Below, piece by piece: positions 41,644 through 64,000 of a stretch of 64,000 nt of DNA. A program made the position numbers and the translations under genes. The notes under the pieces are model-generated. The model was not told the origin of the DNA. It ran no database searches and saw only the letters and a program-made list of their open reading frames with translations. Source of the DNA: Chrysomallon squamiferum (lineage: Eukaryota; Animalia; Mollusca); the NCBI GenBank assembly GCA_012295275.1, contig CM022671.1:26908001-26972000 (forward strand), read 5' to 3'. How positions within the stretch are numbered: position 1 is the stretch's first letter; each line of letters opens with the position of its first letter.

Positions 41644-41837
41644 CGGAAGTAAATATAACCAGCGGCGTAATGAAAGTGAAAGTACGTAAACTGGTGACGT
41701 ACATCAAAGGCGGTAGAATTATATTAAGGCTGAAGTTTTGGTATCAGAGTTTATTCAGAATATCTCTCTAAAGCGAGTACCATTATTACTGACAGTCAGG
41801 GAAGGATTTGAACAGTTCTAAGAGCCCCAGTGTAAGT
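41644..41837 (+). promoter_or_regulatory. Putative inducible promoter and non-coding first exon of the kinase gene
   Basis: ETS core CGGAAGT at 41644-41650, ISRE/IRF-E-like GAAAGTGAAAGT at 41672-41683, TGACGT at 41695-41700, TATATTAA near 41720 and a donor gtaagt at 41832-41837. An AP-1 site TGAGTCA lies upstream at 41501. Motif inspection only. Confidence 0.45.
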
Positions 41838-42316
41838 GTTATCAGAATAATAATTAAAACCACGTAAAAACGGACCAAATAAAAAGGAATCTCTTTTTAG
41901 ATTGTCAGGCCGCTAAGTTGTAGCTTTTCTAGCTTTCAGCTTATTGTTGTTGTGTCAACAGTGGTATTGGTAAATGCAGTAAAATATTTATTGATAGGTG
42001 TATATGTATGTTTAAGTATATGTTTGTGTGTGTGTGTACGTGTGTATGTGTATTTGCAGATGAATATATAATGTATACATGGGAAGAAATGCAATCATTC
42101 CTTCTGGCATTTCACTTTTTATTTTCATGGATTAATGAGGAAAACGGTGATTAAATAAATTTTATAATATTTAAATTTAGATTATTTTAATTCAAAAACC
42201 AGGATCCTGTGCATGAATCAGGATTTGTTGTTTTGTTTTCAAAAACTGGTACTGTGACATTCTGTCTTCAAGATCGTACAGTCCTCCTCGTCTGGATATT
42301 TTGATGCTGACATTAT
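41791..42316 (+). repeat. Copy 1 of a roughly 525-bp local duplication
   Basis: acagtcagggaaggatttgaacagttct...gatgctgacatta is highly similar to 44668-45192, with scattered substitutions and small indels. Confidence 0.9.
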
Positions 42317-43711
42317 AGCGTAATAATCATCCACCAGTGTCATTATACACATGGACATCTTGGATACGGGTGGAAATATTCTGGTATTTCAGTACTTACA
42401 TCTGGATCGTGCTACTCTGCCTGCTGATTGGTGATATCGCAACATTACCTTAAAAAAAAAACCCAGAGAAATCATTCTATTATTTTATATTGGGATGTTT
42501 GTTTTTTTAAATCCATCTTACAACTTTCATCAGTATTCTATTACACTGATATCCAGGATCAGTATGTGATGTTCTGATGTCTCACTATATCTGGGATATG
42601 CTGTCCTTCTCTGTCCTGGTATCTGAATGCTGATATACTGAAGAGGATCATACTGTTTATTCTGGAAACCGGAATTTTGATCCCGGATTTATATTTCAGT
42701 ATGATTGTGTCCTGGACTCGTGAGCGAACATAAAGTAACAACTATTGTCGATAAATAATAAGGATATAATGTGTTAAATCCTGGTTGTTATAAATATGTA
42801 TCTGTTTGTGTTTGTGTGTATGATCATAGGTCATCCATTTAACATTTTTTTTTTGTAATCGTTCTCACTGCCTGGTTGCCTGAGAGAGGTGTAAACCTTG
42901 ATAGTTAAAATATTTTCTTTCATTTTGGATATCTGCAAAAAGTTGTTAATTCAAATTTAAGAAGTAATTGAAGAAGGTAGTAAGTTTGTAAGGCTTTCGT
43001 TTTATCTTTCTTTCTTCTTCTTTTTCGAATACGTATACTCATACATACACACGAAAAGCACATAAAAGATATTTTACTTCAGTTCTTTAGATTTACATGA
43101 AGTCTTTCTTCCCGCTTAGTGTTTTATCTTAACGACAGCACAACAAACTTTTATACGTGTATATGCATGTACATCTCTGTGTATAGTATATGTAAATGTA
43201 TGGTGTATATAATACGTGAACATGTTCGTATATGTATTTGAGGTTTTTCGTTGACACTCCTCTCACGGTAATTGATTTTGATTATTGTATTCTTTTTTAG
43301 AATATATTTTTCTTTTCATTTGTCTCAAATATGACTTGTTTAGTATTTTAATCACTTTGTAGTGTTTGAATTTTTATTATAAAACGTTTGTTTCTTTGTT
43401 TCAGATACACATTACTATTGATTTCTGGTTATAAAACTAGAAGTATTTTCCTAGAAGTCGATCAGTAGATCTATATTTTTAGAAGCGTTCCCTGAAAGCG
43501 GTGGTAAAATAAGCAATAGCGTCAAAATTAAAAGTAATGAAATGAAATTAAAAGTAAAACCTTTAAAAAAAAATAAACAAATATATGTTTCGGTTTGATC
43601 AGCACTGTATCATGATGTGATTACTAAATTTCGATTTCCTGGAAACTGAAAATAAACAAGAAGTCTATAAATGTAATCTTTCGTGTGATCATAACATCAG
43701 TGTTTCACACG

Positions 43712-43790
<79 letters not shown>

Positions 43791-43865
43791 GATCTCTTCT
43801 TATATATGTATTTTGTTTACGTTTTAATACCAAAGTATAATAAATATTTTCAGTTTTGCAGTCGA

Positions 43866-43877
43866 ATGGCGACGTGA
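43866..43877 (+). promoter_or_regulatory. Three-codon upstream ORF (MAT*) in the kinase 5' leader
   Basis: atg gcg acg tga lies just after the candidate acceptors at 43851-43853 and 43859-43861, in the same exon as the main ATG at 43951. Confidence 0.55.
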
Positions 43878-43950
43878 CATATTGAAAGATATATTGTCAG
43901 TACAAGGACATTTTCTAGTTTTATGGCTGTGAGACTACGAATAAATAAAA

Positions 43951-62268
<18,318 letters not shown>

Positions 62269-63145
62269 GCGTATTTTTCTGAGATGTACAGTGATATAGT
62301 CTGGACATAATGTAATGACACTGTGAAAAATCACTGAAGATTTTTAAATTGTGTGTTCCTTTCTAACTGTCTTGTCGTTTGGGACTGCATACATGTATTT
62401 TGTTTAATTACTTATTCACATAACAACTGTTAATTATTCTCACAAATACAGCATTGATTGCAATTGTAAAATTATGTCCATCAGGTACATTTCGTTATTT
62501 GTTCGTCAAGAAATGTCAGTAGCTAAACCGTCTTAACTGGTAACTGTAGAATTCTTAAGCGTAACGTCCATACACGTGTCCAGTGTATTTCTCTATCACT
62601 AGTGCTAAAATTTATTTTATTTTTAATATTTCTATTTTCATATTAATTAATAAATATTTCGTTATAGTCTACTCTACATGTGAACGATGAGACAAAATGG
62701 ACAGGGGAACCCACCAACCAGCACATGATCTGTGTTACAACGTGCAAGTTATGACACACACCCTTTTTTTTTCATTTTTTTTTCTGTGTCGCAATTTCAT
62801 ACACACAGACAGTGATGTATTCATTATTATGATTTTACTTTACAGCGTTTCTCGTTGGTTCAAATGTACTGAGTGATTATCATAATCGAGGTAAAAGCAA
62901 TAAAACAAAAGTTATCAAGACACATCACATTAAACTGTCGCGACCAATATGTCTGATTATGTTACGTTTATATCTTTATACAATAATTTATTAGCTCTGT
63001 TACATTATTAGCATATTATTTATTATTATTATTATGATTATCAGCCTCAAAATGTCATTTTGGAATGAAATATCTGGGTTGTTTTATTGGGCAAATTTCA
63101 TTCCGAAAATGACAATTTAAATTTTTTTTTTTTTTTTTTTTTTTA

Positions 63146-63176
<31 letters not shown>

Positions 63177-63876
63177 TATTTTAAAAATATAAAATATCTC
63201 TATTCCGATAGAAACGATATGCAATGAAATAATTCGTTTATGTCTACGGTTACCGTTTGAAGTCTTCCGATATCTTGCGATTAATGACATAACTGACTTC
63301 AAAGACATCAGTTTATGACTCTTTTCAAAAAGAGCCTAGTTACAACCATAGCAACTACAATGTTAATGTTCTTTTTTTCTTTCCTCCCCTTCCCACATAC
63401 ATACATGCATACATACACACATATATATAAATATATATAAATATATGGATATATATGTATATATATATATATGAGTTGTCTATATTCAGAATAAAGAGCA
63501 GTAAATATACAATGCATGCAAATATATACAATTTTTACTTATAGTGTGATATATCCCATAGTCAAAACATTTCTTTATCTTGATTTCAAATCACTGTAGT
63601 TAAAAAACATCAAAAGATAAAAAGCATGAAGTAGAATGCATTTAAAACATCAGCACGTCAGCTTAAAAAAAAAAAAATAACAATGACAATCTTTCAAGAT
63701 CCGATAATAATGCCAGAGCTGGCGAAAGTGATGTGGTGTACAAAAAAACAACCCCAAAAAAGCAATATATGCAAAAGCTCTCTAACGCATAGACGGTGTC
63801 TGCGTGAAACTTTGCATCTGGTTCGTTACAACAACGTGCTCCTTACAGTAACATGCTTGGGTTGTTCGCGTCTGAA

Positions 63877-63999
63877 TCACACCCATAGCGTGCTTGTGAT
63901 GCTGGGATGTAATTTGTGGCACACCTGTCGTGATTTTTCATCACTCTGGATGTGTGACAAGCCGGCTAGCTCGTATCTGTACTCGAGCTGCACGTGCAA
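63877..63999 (-). CDS. Possible 3' end of a convergent minus-strand gene continuing beyond the window
   Basis: GC-richer, non-repetitive sequence. The minus frame is open from the window edge: LHVQLEYRYELAGLSHIQSDEKSRQVCHKLHPSITSTLWV*. No family recognised. Confidence 0.3.
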   Translation of the reverse strand: MHVQLEYRYELAGLSHIQSDEKSRQVCHKLHPSITSTLWV

Positions 64000-64000
64000 T

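Overview
This is AT-rich, intron-containing, microsatellite-dense animal DNA. A lophotrochozoan, probably molluscan, source is inferred from the gene content. Manual splicing recovers four + strand genes: (1) the terminal exon of a universal stress protein (USP) gene (128-352); (2) a 19-exon secreted ADAMTS-like M12B metalloprotease (about 1900-11932) with an intact HELGHNLGAGHD zinc motif, no TSP1 repeats, a roughly 340-aa Ser/Thr/Pro mucin stalk and five PLAC-type Cys modules; (3) a second, 4-exon USP gene (21068-34483) whose third splice donor is disrupted by a small templated duplication; (4) a divergent TBK1/IKK-epsilon-family kinase with 19 coding exons (43951-62268, 729 aa as spliced). 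The kinase locus has several candidate regulatory layers: an ISRE-like/ETS/CRE cluster and kappaB-like sites upstream, an ATF4-like two-uORF leader, a 22-nt micro-exon that could double as an alternative terminal exon, and a roughly 525-bp internal duplication of its 5' region. The window also holds an L2-type LINE fragment, a tRNA-derived SINE-like head, 34-bp and 38-bp minisatellites and many microsatellites. Nearly all ORF-track entries are repeat artefacts. All models were read by eye, with no database searches or expression data.
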